A stretch of 64,000 nt of DNA. Origin: an uncultured Acidobacteriota bacterium (lineage in GTDB: Bacteria > Acidobacteriota > Thermoanaerobaculia > UBA5066 > Gp7-AA6). The stretch covers positions 1 to 64,000 of the forward strand of contig CAVXTP010000023.1 of NCBI GenBank assembly GCA_963764715.1, written 5' to 3'. Below, in pieces: positions 41,970-51,297 of this stretch. A model generated the notes under the pieces. It was not told the origin of the DNA. It saw only the letters and a list, made by a program, of their open reading frames with translations, and did no database searches. Numbering within the stretch: the stretch's first letter is position 1; each line of letters starts with the position of its first letter. Made by a program: the position numbers and the translations under genes.

Positions 41970-42827
41970 ATGGAAGACGGAAGCGGCGGAGGACTGGTTC
42001 GCAACCGCGGCTGCGGCCGGCTGCTCATCGCGCTCGTGATCGCGGCGGTCGGCATCATCGCGTACATGAGCCGCACCGAGGTCAATCCCGTGACGGGCGA
42101 GAAGCAGCACGTGGCCCTGTCGGTCGACCAGGAAAAGGTCCTGGGCCTCGAAGCGGCGCCCGAGATGGCCCAGAAGATGGGGGGCGACGTCGACCCCAGC
42201 GACCCCTCCGCGCGCCTGGTCGCCGAGGTGGGCGGGCGCGTCGTTTCCCGCAGCAACGCGGGCACGAGCCCGTACGCCGGCAATTTCCGGTTCCACCTTC
42301 TCGCAGACCCCGAGACCGTGAACGCTTTCGCGCTCCCGGGGGGTCAGATCTTCGTCACGCGGGGCCTCGTCGAACGGCTCCGGACCGAGGCGGAGCTCGC
42401 GGGCGTCCTCGGCCACGAGGTCGGCCACGTCATCCACCGGCATTCCGCGGAGCAGATGGCCCAGGGCCAGCTCGGCGCGATGCTGTCGCAGGCGGTCGGC
42501 GTGGCGGCGTCCGACGGTTCGGACGGAGGCCAGCACGCCGCGATGGTCGCGGCGATGGTCAACCAGATGGTGCAGTTGAAGTACAGCCGCAAGGACGAGT
42601 CCGAGTCGGACCGGTACGGCATCGACGCGATGGCGTCGGCCGGATACGACCCGAAGGCGATGCTCGAGGTCATGGAGATCCTCAAGCAGGCGAGCGGCGG
42701 GCAGCATCCGCCCGAGTGGCTCTCCTCGCATCCTCTGCCCGAGACCCGGATCGAGGAGATCCGGGAGTACCTCCGCCAGCGCTCGGCGAGCGACGCCGGG
42801 CTCAGCGAGGGGCGGTCGTTGCGGTGA
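41970..42827 (+). CDS. M48 family zinc metallopeptidase
   Basis: NAFALPGG, HEVGH, YSRKDESESD and LSSHP; N-terminal TM. Confidence 0.92.
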   Translation: MEDGSGGGLVRNRGCGRLLIALVIAAVGIIAYMSRTEVNPVTGEKQHVALSVDQEKVLGLEAAPEMAQKMGGDVDPSDPSARLVAEVGGRVVSRSNAGTSPYAGNFRFHLLADPETVNAFALPGGQIFVTRGLVERLRTEAELAGVLGHEVGHVIHRHSAEQMAQGQLGAMLSQAVGVAASDGSDGGQHAAMVAAMVNQMVQLKYSRKDESESDRYGIDAMASAGYDPKAMLEVMEILKQASGGQHPPEWLSSHPLPETRIEEIREYLRQRSASDAGLSEGRSLR

Positions 42828-43512
42828 CGGCGGGCAGGGCGAGCGTCTCGCCCTGGCGGGGAACGATCCGGTTCTGAAGAGGGGGCACCCTCTCGTCCGC
42901 CTGGTGGTGGTAGCAGACGACCTGCCGCGCGTCGATCCGCCCCTTGCTCTCGGCGACCCTCTGGATCAGCCACGGCGAGACGAACGCGAAGTCGAGGCTC
43001 CTCATCGCGAGGAGCTCCGCCGCGCTGTCCGTGTCGCCCGTGAAATAGAGGCGAAGGCCGTGCCAGGTCACGAGGTAGGAGGCGTGGCCGACCGGCCCGT
43101 GGGGCGTCGTCTGCGCCTCGATCTCGATGTCGCGGTATCGCATCCGGGGCGCGAACGGGATCGTCCGCTCCTTCGGGACGCGGGCCTCGACGTCGGGCGG
43201 CGCGATCAGCATCGCGTCCATCTTCGAGAAGAGGGGCGGGTCGAAGTGGTCCCGGTGCCCGTGGGTCACGAGGCAGAGGGCGCCCCTGGCCTTCGGCACG
43301 GCGGCGAAGTCGTACGTCATGTAGCCCGAGTAGCCGGATTCGTAGGGGAAGTCGGTGTAGATCGTCGTCGTTCCGTCCGTGATGGCGAAGGCCATGTTGC
43401 CGATGAACGTGGCGAGCAGCGGGATGGATTTCGATCCCGCACCCTCGGCCAGAACGAGGGAGGCCGCGAGGACCGCCGCGACGACAGCGACCGCAACCCG
43501 CACCCGGTTCAT
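42802..43512 (-). CDS. MBL-fold metallo-hydrolase, exported
   Basis: Signal peptide; THGHRDH, PHG, YFTGDT and CYHH. ATGA overlap with ptrB. Confidence 0.85.
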   Translation of the reverse strand: MNRVRVAVAVVAAVLAASLVLAEGAGSKSIPLLATFIGNMAFAITDGTTTIYTDFPYESGYSGYMTYDFAAVPKARGALCLVTHGHRDHFDPPLFSKMDAMLIAPPDVEARVPKERTIPFAPRMRYRDIEIEAQTTPHGPVGHASYLVTWHGLRLYFTGDTDSAAELLAMRSLDFAFVSPWLIQRVAESKGRIDARQVVCYHHQADERVPPLQNRIVPRQGETLALPAVTATTAPR

Positions 43513-45611
43513 TTCGTGATCCCCATCTGCGCCAGCTCGAAGGCGTAGTCGAACGCAATCTCCTTCAGCTTGTCGTAGCGCCCGGAGGAGCCGCCGTGGC
43601 CTCCCGACATGTTGATCTTGAAGATCAGGGGATTCGAGTCGGTCTTGAGCGTCCGAAGCTTCGCGACGTATTTCGCGGGCTCCCAGTACATGACCTGCGA
43701 ATCGTCGAAGGACGTCTTCACGAGCATCGCCGGGTACGCCTTGGCCTCGAGGTTGTCGTAGGGGCTGTACGACTTCATGTACTCGTACTGCTCCCGGACC
43801 TTCGGGTTTCCCCACTCCTCGAACTCGCCGACGGTCAGGGGCAGCGACTCGTCGAGCATCGAGTTGATCACGTCGACGAACGGCACCCGCGCGACGACGG
43901 CGCGGAAGAGGTCCGGACGCAGGTTGACGACCGCGCCCATCAGGAGCCCGCCGGCCGAGCCTCCCTCGATGACGAGGCGGTCGGTCGAGGTGAACTTGTC
44001 CGTCACCAGCGCCTCGGCGCAGGCGATGAAGTCGGTGAAGGTGTTCTTCTTCTTGAGCATCTTTCCCTGGTCGTGCCAGGCCTTGCCCAGGTCGCCGCCG
44101 CCCCGGATGTGGGCGACGGCGTACACGACGCCGCGGTCGAGCAGGCTGACGAGCGTCGAATCGAAGCCGGCGTCGCTCGAGGCGCCGTAGGAGCCGTAGG
44201 CCGTCAGGAGGAGCGGCGCTTTGCCGTCGGCGACGAGGCCCTTGCGGTAGACGAGCGAGATCGGGATCTTCGTCCCGTCGGCGGCCGTCGCGTAGCGCCG
44301 CTCCGAGGCGTACCGGGCCGGGTCGTATCCGCCGAGGACCTCCTGCTGCTTCAGGAGACGCCGTTCCTTCGTCTTCATGTCGAAGTCGTAGACGGAGGGC
44401 GGGGTCGTGAAGGACTCGTACTCGATGCGGAGCGTCTGCGTGTCGAATTCCTTGTTGTTCTGCACCGTGGCGTAATAGATCGCCTCCGGGAACTCGATGC
44501 GGTAACCGTTCTCGACGGCGGCGTCGGCGACCCGGATGCGGGGCAGGGCATCCTGGCGCTCGGAGAGCACGGTCCAGTTCGCGAAGAGGTCGAAGTCCTC
44601 GAGCATCACGTCGTCGCGGTGGGCCACGACTTCCTTCCAGTTCGCGCGCTTCGGGTCCGCCGCCGGCGCCGAGACCAGCCGGTTGTTGCGGCCCCGGTCG
44701 TTGGTCAGGATGTAGAAGAGGTCGCCGCGGTGGTCGACGGAGTACTCGTGCTCCTGCTCGCGCGGCGCGACGATCCGCAGCTCGGCCGCGGGGGTGGCGG
44801 CCGGGACGTACCTCCACTCCGAGGTGGTGTGGCTGTGGACCGGGAAGAAGACGTACGCGCCGCTGCGCGAGCGGAAGGTCGCGACGCGGAAGCGCTCGTC
44901 CTTTTCCTCGTAGAGGAGCGCGTCGGTCGAGGGGTCCGTGCCGACCCTGTGGCGGTAGATGCGGTGGGGACGCTTGGCCGCATCCGTCGTCGTGTAGAAG
45001 AGGGTCTTGTTGTCCGGCGCCCAGGCGACCGAGCCGACCCGCGCGACGCTTTCCGGAAGCCGCTGGCCCGTCGTCAGGTCCTTGATCCACAGCGTGTAGT
45101 CCCGGAAGCCGGTGTTGTCGGTCGAGTAGGCCAGGAGGCGGCCGTCGTCGGAGACGGTCCGCGCCCACACGTTCATGAAACGCTCGCCCTTCGCGAGCTC
45201 GTTGACGTCGAGGTAGATCTCCTCGGGCGCCTCGAGGCGGCCCTTCTTGCGGCAGTAGATCGGGTACTGCTTTCCCTTTTCGGTCCGCGCGTAGTAGTAC
45301 CAGCCGTGCTCGCGGTAGGGGACCGAGAGGTCCGTCTCCTTGATGCGCGCGAGCATCTCGTCGTAGAGGGCCTTCTGGAACCCCTCCGTCGGTTTCATGA
45401 AGGCCTCGGCGAACGCGTTCTCCTTCTCGAGGTAGGCCTTCACCTCGGGGTTGTCGCGCTCGCGCATCCAGAAGTAGGGGTCGACGAGCTCGTCTCCGTG
45501 CAGCTTTTGCATGTGGGGCACCTTCTTCGCGACCGGCGCCGAGCCGGTGTCGGCGGCGGCGAGCGGCAGGGCCGCGGCCAGGACCGCGACCGCCATGGCG
45601 GTTCGGAACAT
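43509..45611 (-). CDS. ptrB: Oligopeptidase B (S9A prolyl oligopeptidase family)
   Basis: DPYFWMR, YGSYG, RGGG, GGSAGG nucleophile, DSQVMYWEPAK and GHGG. Confidence 0.92.
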   Translation of the reverse strand: MFRTAMAVAVLAAALPLAAADTGSAPVAKKVPHMQKLHGDELVDPYFWMRERDNPEVKAYLEKENAFAEAFMKPTEGFQKALYDEMLARIKETDLSVPYREHGWYYYARTEKGKQYPIYCRKKGRLEAPEEIYLDVNELAKGERFMNVWARTVSDDGRLLAYSTDNTGFRDYTLWIKDLTTGQRLPESVARVGSVAWAPDNKTLFYTTTDAAKRPHRIYRHRVGTDPSTDALLYEEKDERFRVATFRSRSGAYVFFPVHSHTTSEWRYVPAATPAAELRIVAPREQEHEYSVDHRGDLFYILTNDRGRNNRLVSAPAADPKRANWKEVVAHRDDVMLEDFDLFANWTVLSERQDALPRIRVADAAVENGYRIEFPEAIYYATVQNNKEFDTQTLRIEYESFTTPPSVYDFDMKTKERRLLKQQEVLGGYDPARYASERRYATAADGTKIPISLVYRKGLVADGKAPLLLTAYGSYGASSDAGFDSTLVSLLDRGVVYAVAHIRGGGDLGKAWHDQGKMLKKKNTFTDFIACAEALVTDKFTSTDRLVIEGGSAGGLLMGAVVNLRPDLFRAVVARVPFVDVINSMLDESLPLTVGEFEEWGNPKVREQYEYMKSYSPYDNLEAKAYPAMLVKTSFDDSQVMYWEPAKYVAKLRTLKTDSNPLIFKINMSGGHGGSSGRYDKLKEIAFDYAFELAQMGITK

Positions 45612-45660
45612 CGTTTCCTCCGGGGGTTGCCGGGGTCGCGATCTTACCGCCGGGGCGGGC

Positions 45661-48450
45661 TCACGGGGCCGCCTTCGCGAAGTCGCCGGCCTTCACGATC
45701 GTCAGCTTCGCCGGGTCGAGGTTCCGGCGCATCGCGGCCAGGATGTCCGCCCCGGTCAGCGCCTCGACCTTCTTCTCGAACCCGGCGTCCCACGCGAGCG
45801 TGCGCTCGAGGTACAGCTCGGCCGCGAGCATGCGGGCGAGCGACGCGTCCTGGGCGCGCGCCATCTGGCGGGCCTGCCGCCAGCCGGACTTGGCGCGGGC
45901 GATCTCGTCGGCGTCGAATCCCTTCTCGAGGACTTTCGCCATCTCTTCGCGGAACGCGGCCTCGACCCGCGCCGCGTTCTGGGGCGCGTAGATGGCAAAG
46001 GCGGTGAATTCGCCGGATTCGTCGAGCGGCGAGGCCGAGAGCTGCGACCCGACGCCGTAGGAGAGGCCCTCCTTCTCCCGGATGCGGGCGTAGAGCCGGG
46101 CCGTGTCGGCGGCGCCGAGCATGTAGTTGCCGAGGACGAGCGCGGGATAGTCGGGGGAATCGTCGCGGAGCTTCAGGTTCTGGCCCGCGACGAAGAACGC
46201 GTTGGCCTTGTCCGGCGTCTCGAGCGTCTTCTCGATGGGCGGAACGTCCTGGTAGGGCTGGGGCACCCGCGCGTAGGCCGCCGGGCTCGACCAGTTTCCC
46301 AGGAGCTCGGCGGCGAGCTTCGCGACCTCGGCCTCGTCGAAGTCTCCGACGACGGCGAGCTGCCCGTTCGCCGCGCCGTAGTAGTCGCCGTAGAACCGGC
46401 GGGCCTCCTCGAGGGTCGCGGCCTTGTAGCTCTCGAGCGATTCCTCGAGCGTCTCGACGTAGCGCACGTCGCCCTTCGGATACGGGTTCATGTGGCGCTC
46501 GTAGAAGGTCGAGCCGACCGAGTTCGGCTCGCTCCGCTCCTGCTCGATCGCGGCGAGGTTCTCCTGCCGGAGCTCCTCGAACTCCTTCTCCGGAAAGGCG
46601 GGCTCGCGCAGGATCTCGGCCGCGAGGCGGAAGACCGCCGGAACGTTCTCGCGGATGGTCTCGAAGGAGAGGCTCGCCTGGGTGGCGCGGCCGCCGACGC
46701 TGACGCGGGCCTTCAGCCGGTCGAGCTCGTCCTTGATCTGCTGGCGGGTGTGCTTCGTCGTCCCGCGCATCAGCATGTCCGCCGCCATGTCGGCGACGGT
46801 CGCCTTTCCGGCGAGGCTCTTCTCGTCGCCGAACCGGAGCGTCAGGCTGCCGACCACCGTCGCGCCGCGGGTCTTCTTCGGCAGGAGCGCGAGCTTCATC
46901 CCGCCGGGCAGCTCCGAGCGTTTCGTTCGCGCTTCGATGTTGGCCGGCGAGGGATCGAAGGCCTCTCCCGCGGCGACGGCCGCGTCGCCCTTGTAGTCAC
47001 GCACGAGCGTCGCCACGTCGGGCGGCGGCGGAATCTCGGCGCGGTCGGGCTTCGCGGTCGGCCGGAAGACCCCGATCGTCCGGTTCGAGGGCTTCAGGTA
47101 CGCCGCGGCCGCCTTCCGCACGTCGTCGACCGTGGCCTGACGGATCCGGTCGCGGTTCAGGAAGAAGAGCCGCCAGTCGCCCTGGCCGATGTACTCGGAG
47201 AGCAGCAGTCCGACGCGGTTGGCGTTGTTGAGCGTGAGCTCGATGTTCTTCAGCAGCGTCGCCCGCGCCCGTTCGACTTCCTCCGGAGTCACCGGCGTCG
47301 CGCCGGCGGCGGCGTCGAGCGTCGCCACGAAGGCCGTCCGGGCCTCGGCGATCGGCTGGTCCATGCGGACCTCGGCGTCGAACATGACGAAGCCCGGGTC
47401 GTGGAGGGCCATGAAATAGCCGCCGACCGAGGACGCCTTCTTCGTCTCGACGAGGGCCTTGTAGAGGCGGCCCGAGGGCGTCGCCGTCAGGATCTCCGTC
47501 AGGATGTCGACCGCGCCGGCGTCCGGCTCCGCGCCCGAGGGCGCGTGGTAGGCGGCGGCGATGGCCTGGACGTCGCCGATGCGCTCGAGCGCGACCTCCC
47601 GCTCCCCGTCCTGCGTCGGATCGAGCGTGTAGAGCTTCGGCCTCGGCGCCGGGGCGACGGGGATCCGCGAGAAGAGACGGTCGACGAGCGCGAGCGTCTT
47701 CGCCTCGTCGAACCGGCCGGCGACGAGGAGCAGAGCGTTGTCCGGGCGGTAGTAGGTCCGGTAGAACGCCTGGAGCCGCTCGATCGGGACGTTCTCGAGA
47801 TCGGACTTCGCCCCGATCGTGGAGTGCCCGTAGTTGTGCCAGAGGAAAGCCGAGGAGAGGACGCGCTCCTGCAGGATCGAGCCCGGGTCGTTCTCGCCCA
47901 TCTCGAACTCGTTGCGCACGACCGTCATCTCGGTGTCGAGATCTTTCTTCGCGATCCGGGCGTTGACCATCCGGTCCGCTTCGAGCTCGAGGGCCCACTT
48001 CAGGTTCTCGTCGGTCGCCTGGAGCGTCTCGAAGTAGTTGGTCCGGTCGAACCAGGTCGAGGCGTTCGAGCTCGCGCCGTGCGCCGTCAGCTCCTGGTTG
48101 ACGTTGGGGTGCTTCGGCGAGCCCTTGAACATCATGTGCTCGAGCAGGTGCGCCATGCCGGTTTCGCCGTAGCCCTCGTGGCGCGAGCCGACGAGGTAGG
48201 TGATGTTGACGGTGACCGTCGGCTTGGTCGGATCCGGGAAGAGCAGGACGCGCAGGCCGTTCGCGAGCCGGTATTCCGTGATCCCTTCGACCGAGGCCAC
48301 TTTCTGGGGCGACCGCGCCTTCGCCGCGGAGGCGGCGGCGGCCGTCGGCTTCGTCGCGGCGGGCTTCTTCGGGGAGGCCTGCGCCGGGAGCATCGAGGAC
48401 GCGAGCAGCGCGGCGAGACAGGCGAGCGGGGCCCGGAACCGGATGGTCAT
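45661..48450 (-). CDS. M16 family zinc protease (pitrilysin/PqqL-like)
   Basis: Signal peptide; GMAHLLEHMMFKG (HxxEH), NAST and RTNY; second half REKEGLSYG. Confidence 0.93.
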   Translation of the reverse strand: MTIRFRAPLACLAALLASSMLPAQASPKKPAATKPTAAAASAAKARSPQKVASVEGITEYRLANGLRVLLFPDPTKPTVTVNITYLVGSRHEGYGETGMAHLLEHMMFKGSPKHPNVNQELTAHGASSNASTWFDRTNYFETLQATDENLKWALELEADRMVNARIAKKDLDTEMTVVRNEFEMGENDPGSILQERVLSSAFLWHNYGHSTIGAKSDLENVPIERLQAFYRTYYRPDNALLLVAGRFDEAKTLALVDRLFSRIPVAPAPRPKLYTLDPTQDGEREVALERIGDVQAIAAAYHAPSGAEPDAGAVDILTEILTATPSGRLYKALVETKKASSVGGYFMALHDPGFVMFDAEVRMDQPIAEARTAFVATLDAAAGATPVTPEEVERARATLLKNIELTLNNANRVGLLLSEYIGQGDWRLFFLNRDRIRQATVDDVRKAAAAYLKPSNRTIGVFRPTAKPDRAEIPPPPDVATLVRDYKGDAAVAAGEAFDPSPANIEARTKRSELPGGMKLALLPKKTRGATVVGSLTLRFGDEKSLAGKATVADMAADMLMRGTTKHTRQQIKDELDRLKARVSVGGRATQASLSFETIRENVPAVFRLAAEILREPAFPEKEFEELRQENLAAIEQERSEPNSVGSTFYERHMNPYPKGDVRYVETLEESLESYKAATLEEARRFYGDYYGAANGQLAVVGDFDEAEVAKLAAELLGNWSSPAAYARVPQPYQDVPPIEKTLETPDKANAFFVAGQNLKLRDDSPDYPALVLGNYMLGAADTARLYARIREKEGLSYGVGSQLSASPLDESGEFTAFAIYAPQNAARVEAAFREEMAKVLEKGFDADEIARAKSGWRQARQMARAQDASLARMLAAELYLERTLAWDAGFEKKVEALTGADILAAMRRNLDPAKLTIVKAGDFAKAAP

Positions 48451-48537
48451 GCGATCCCTCCTGACGGAAGCCCCGAATACTACCCGGGGCCCGTCCCGGG
48501 CGCCTTCGCACTAGAATTTCGTCCCGAGGAGATTCCA

Positions 48538-50187
48538 ATGCGGAGACTGCTTTTCGCTCTGGCCGGCGTGGCGCTGCCGGCCGTCCTCGCCGCGCAACAT
48601 GCGGACATGCCGGCGGCCCCGCCGCAGAAGCCCGTGACCCTGCTTTCGGGCACCGGTCCGCACCGCCACCCGATCGCGACCTCGAGCCCCGAAGCCCAGA
48701 AGTTCTTCGACCAGGGCGTGGTCCTTCTCTTCGGCTTCAACCACGAGGAAGCCTTCCGCTCCTTCGAAAAGGCGGCCGCGCTCGACCCGAGGGCCGCAAT
48801 GCCCCACTGGGGGATGGCGATCGTCCTCGGCGCGAACTACAACGACCCGGCGCCGGTCGACGAACGGCTGCTCAAGGCGCGGGCCGAAGTCGAGAAGGCG
48901 CTCGCGCTCTCGGCCGCCGGGCCCGAGAACGAGCGGGCGTACGCCGAGGCCCTCGCCGCCCGGTACGTCGCCGACCCGGCCAGCTCCGACAAGGCGAAGG
49001 TCGCCCGCGACTACGCCGCCGCGATGAAGGCGCTTTCCGCGCGGTACCCGGACGATCTCGACGCGGCCACGCTCTACGCCGAGAGCCTCATGAACCTGAC
49101 GCCGTGGAAGCTCTGGACGCCCTCGGGTGAGCCGGGCGAGTACACGCTCGAGATCGTCGCCGTGCTCGAATCGGTCCTGAAGCGCGACCCGCGGCATCCC
49201 GGCGCCAACCACTACTACATCCACGCGGTCGAGGCGTCGAAGAGCCCCGAGCGCGCGCTCCCGTCGGCGACGCGGCTCGAGACGCTCGTTCCGGCGGCGG
49301 GGCACCTCGTCCACATGCCGGCCCACGTCTACGTCCGGACCGGCGACTACGTCGCCGCGGAGAAGTCGAACGCCGTCGCGGCCGAAGTCGACCGCGTCTA
49401 CATCCGCGAGACGGGTGCCCAGGGCATGTATCCCGTCATGTATTACAACCACAACGTCCACTTCGAGTCGTACGCGGCGTTGATGGCCGGCCGACACGCC
49501 GCGGCCAAGCGCGCCGGCGATCAGCTCTTCGACGGAGTGCTGCCGGTCGTCTCGATGGACCCGATGCTCGAAGGGTTCCTGTGCCAGCCGGCCTTCGTCG
49601 CCCTGCGCTTCCGGAAGTGGGACGACATCCAGAAGATGCCCGATCCGGGCCCGAAGCTGCCGCTCGTGCGGGCGGTCTGGCTCTACGCGCGTGCGATGGC
49701 CGCCGCGGCGCAGGGCGATCCGCGGCGCGCCGAGACGCTGCGCGACGCGTACGCCGTAGCCCGCGACGCCATCCCCGCGGGGGCCATGGCGGGCCCGCAG
49801 AACAGCGCCGCGGCGCTTCTGTCCGTCGCGACGCCCGTCCTCGACGCCCGGATCGCCGAGGCGCGGGGCGACCGCCCCGCCGCGCTCGCCGCCTGGCGGA
49901 AGGCCGTCGCGGCGGAGGACGCGCTCGCTTACGACGAGCCGCCCGCCTGGTACTACCCGACCCGCGAGTCGCTCGGCGCCGCGCTCCTCCTGGCCGGGCA
50001 GGCGGCGGAAGCCGAAGCGGTCTTCCGCGCCGACCTCGACAAGCATCCCCGCAACGGCCGTTCGCTCTACGGCCTCTCGAAGGCCCTCGAGGCCCAGAAG
50101 AAGGACGCCGACGCCGCCTGGGCCCGCGCCCAGTTCGAAGCGGCCTGGAAGGACGCCGACACGCCGGTGCGGCTCGAGGACCTGTAG
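48538..50187 (+). CDS. Exported TPR-repeat protein with conserved His cluster
   Basis: ATG 48538 after GAGGAG and TAGAAT (48512-17); signal peptide; QKFFDQG, HPGANHYYIHAVE and GHLVHMPAHVY. Confidence 0.85.
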   Translation: MRRLLFALAGVALPAVLAAQHADMPAAPPQKPVTLLSGTGPHRHPIATSSPEAQKFFDQGVVLLFGFNHEEAFRSFEKAAALDPRAAMPHWGMAIVLGANYNDPAPVDERLLKARAEVEKALALSAAGPENERAYAEALAARYVADPASSDKAKVARDYAAAMKALSARYPDDLDAATLYAESLMNLTPWKLWTPSGEPGEYTLEIVAVLESVLKRDPRHPGANHYYIHAVEASKSPERALPSATRLETLVPAAGHLVHMPAHVYVRTGDYVAAEKSNAVAAEVDRVYIRETGAQGMYPVMYYNHNVHFESYAALMAGRHAAAKRAGDQLFDGVLPVVSMDPMLEGFLCQPAFVALRFRKWDDIQKMPDPGPKLPLVRAVWLYARAMAAAAQGDPRRAETLRDAYAVARDAIPAGAMAGPQNSAAALLSVATPVLDARIAEARGDRPAALAAWRKAVAAEDALAYDEPPAWYYPTRESLGAALLLAGQAAEAEAVFRADLDKHPRNGRSLYGLSKALEAQKKDADAAWARAQFEAAWKDADTPVRLEDL

Positions 50188-50196
50188 GCCCGCAAG

Positions 50197-51261
50197 CTAG
50201 GCGCCCAGCTCCTTCGACGCCATCGCGTTGCCTTCGACGCGCGCCTTGATCTTGGCGAAGGCGGTGTCGCGCGAGGTCGAGACGTCGTCGCCGAACGGCG
50301 AGAAGCCGCAGTCGTCGGTCGAGCCGAGATGGGCCGGATCGATGGACCGCGCGGCCTCGAGAATGCGGTCCCGCACCTCGGCCGGCGTTTCGACTTTCGG
50401 CGAGATCGGGTCCGTGACGCCGACGAATACGCGGCGGCCGTCCTTCTTCGCGTGCGCGCCCAGGATCTTCAGGGCGCGCGGTCGGTCCGCTTCGCTCGCG
50501 AGCTGGACGAAGAAGCTGGCGACATCGACGCGGAAGAGCGCGGGCAGGAGCTCCGCGTAGTCCACGTCGGCGCTGTGAGTCGAGTCCTGGTCGCCGCCGG
50601 GGCAGGTGTGGATGCCGATCTTCGACTTCTCTTCGGCCGAGAAGGCGGCGAGCACGCGGTTGTTGAGGTCGACGAAGGAGTCGAGGAGTTTTTTCGACGG
50701 GTCGAGCTTGACGGCGAGCCGTCCCTCGGTGAAATCGATCTGCACGGTCGCGCCGGCGGCGAGGCACCGGCGGATGTCGGTCTGCGCCTCCCGCACGAGA
50801 TCCTCCAGGAACTCCTCGCGGGAGTAGCCCGGAATCCCCGACGCCGGGTAGAGCAGCGACAGCGCCGAGGCGGCGATCACGGCCTCCTTCATCGGTCGGG
50901 TCGCGTACTTCTTGGCTCCCTCGAGGTACGTCGCGGCGTACGTCGCGTAGCGGAACGGGCCCGAGGCGAGGACCGGGAGCTGTCGCGTGTGCCCGTCCCG
51001 AAACGGGATGGTCACGCCGCCCGGCGCGAGGTTTCTGGCTCCGTGAACGGGATACGTCGCGAAGCTCGGCTTGCGCTGCTCGCCGTCGGTGATGACGGGC
51101 GAGCCCGTCTCCTCGAAGCGGCGGATCGTGTCGCTGACGGCGGCGTCGAAGAGCGCCTCCAGCGCGTCGGCCGAGATGCGGCCCGCTCCGTAGGCGGCCA
51201 TGCCTTCGATCAGCGCCCGGGGTCGTGGAATACTTCCGACCGGCTCGGTCAAGAGTGTCAT
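50197..51261 (-). CDS. Cobalamin-independent methionine synthase II family protein (single-barrel MetE-like)
   Basis: VGSIPRP, ITDGEQ, HTC and STDDCGF zinc-site motifs; 354 aa, catalytic barrel only. Confidence 0.88.
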   Translation of the reverse strand: MTLLTEPVGSIPRPRALIEGMAAYGAGRISADALEALFDAAVSDTIRRFEETGSPVITDGEQRKPSFATYPVHGARNLAPGGVTIPFRDGHTRQLPVLASGPFRYATYAATYLEGAKKYATRPMKEAVIAASALSLLYPASGIPGYSREEFLEDLVREAQTDIRRCLAAGATVQIDFTEGRLAVKLDPSKKLLDSFVDLNNRVLAAFSAEEKSKIGIHTCPGGDQDSTHSADVDYAELLPALFRVDVASFFVQLASEADRPRALKILGAHAKKDGRRVFVGVTDPISPKVETPAEVRDRILEAARSIDPAHLGSTDDCGFSPFGDDVSTSRDTAFAKIKARVEGNAMASKELGA

Positions 51262-51297
51262 CCCCCTAATTTATCCAACTTCGGAAGGAGTCGCGGA

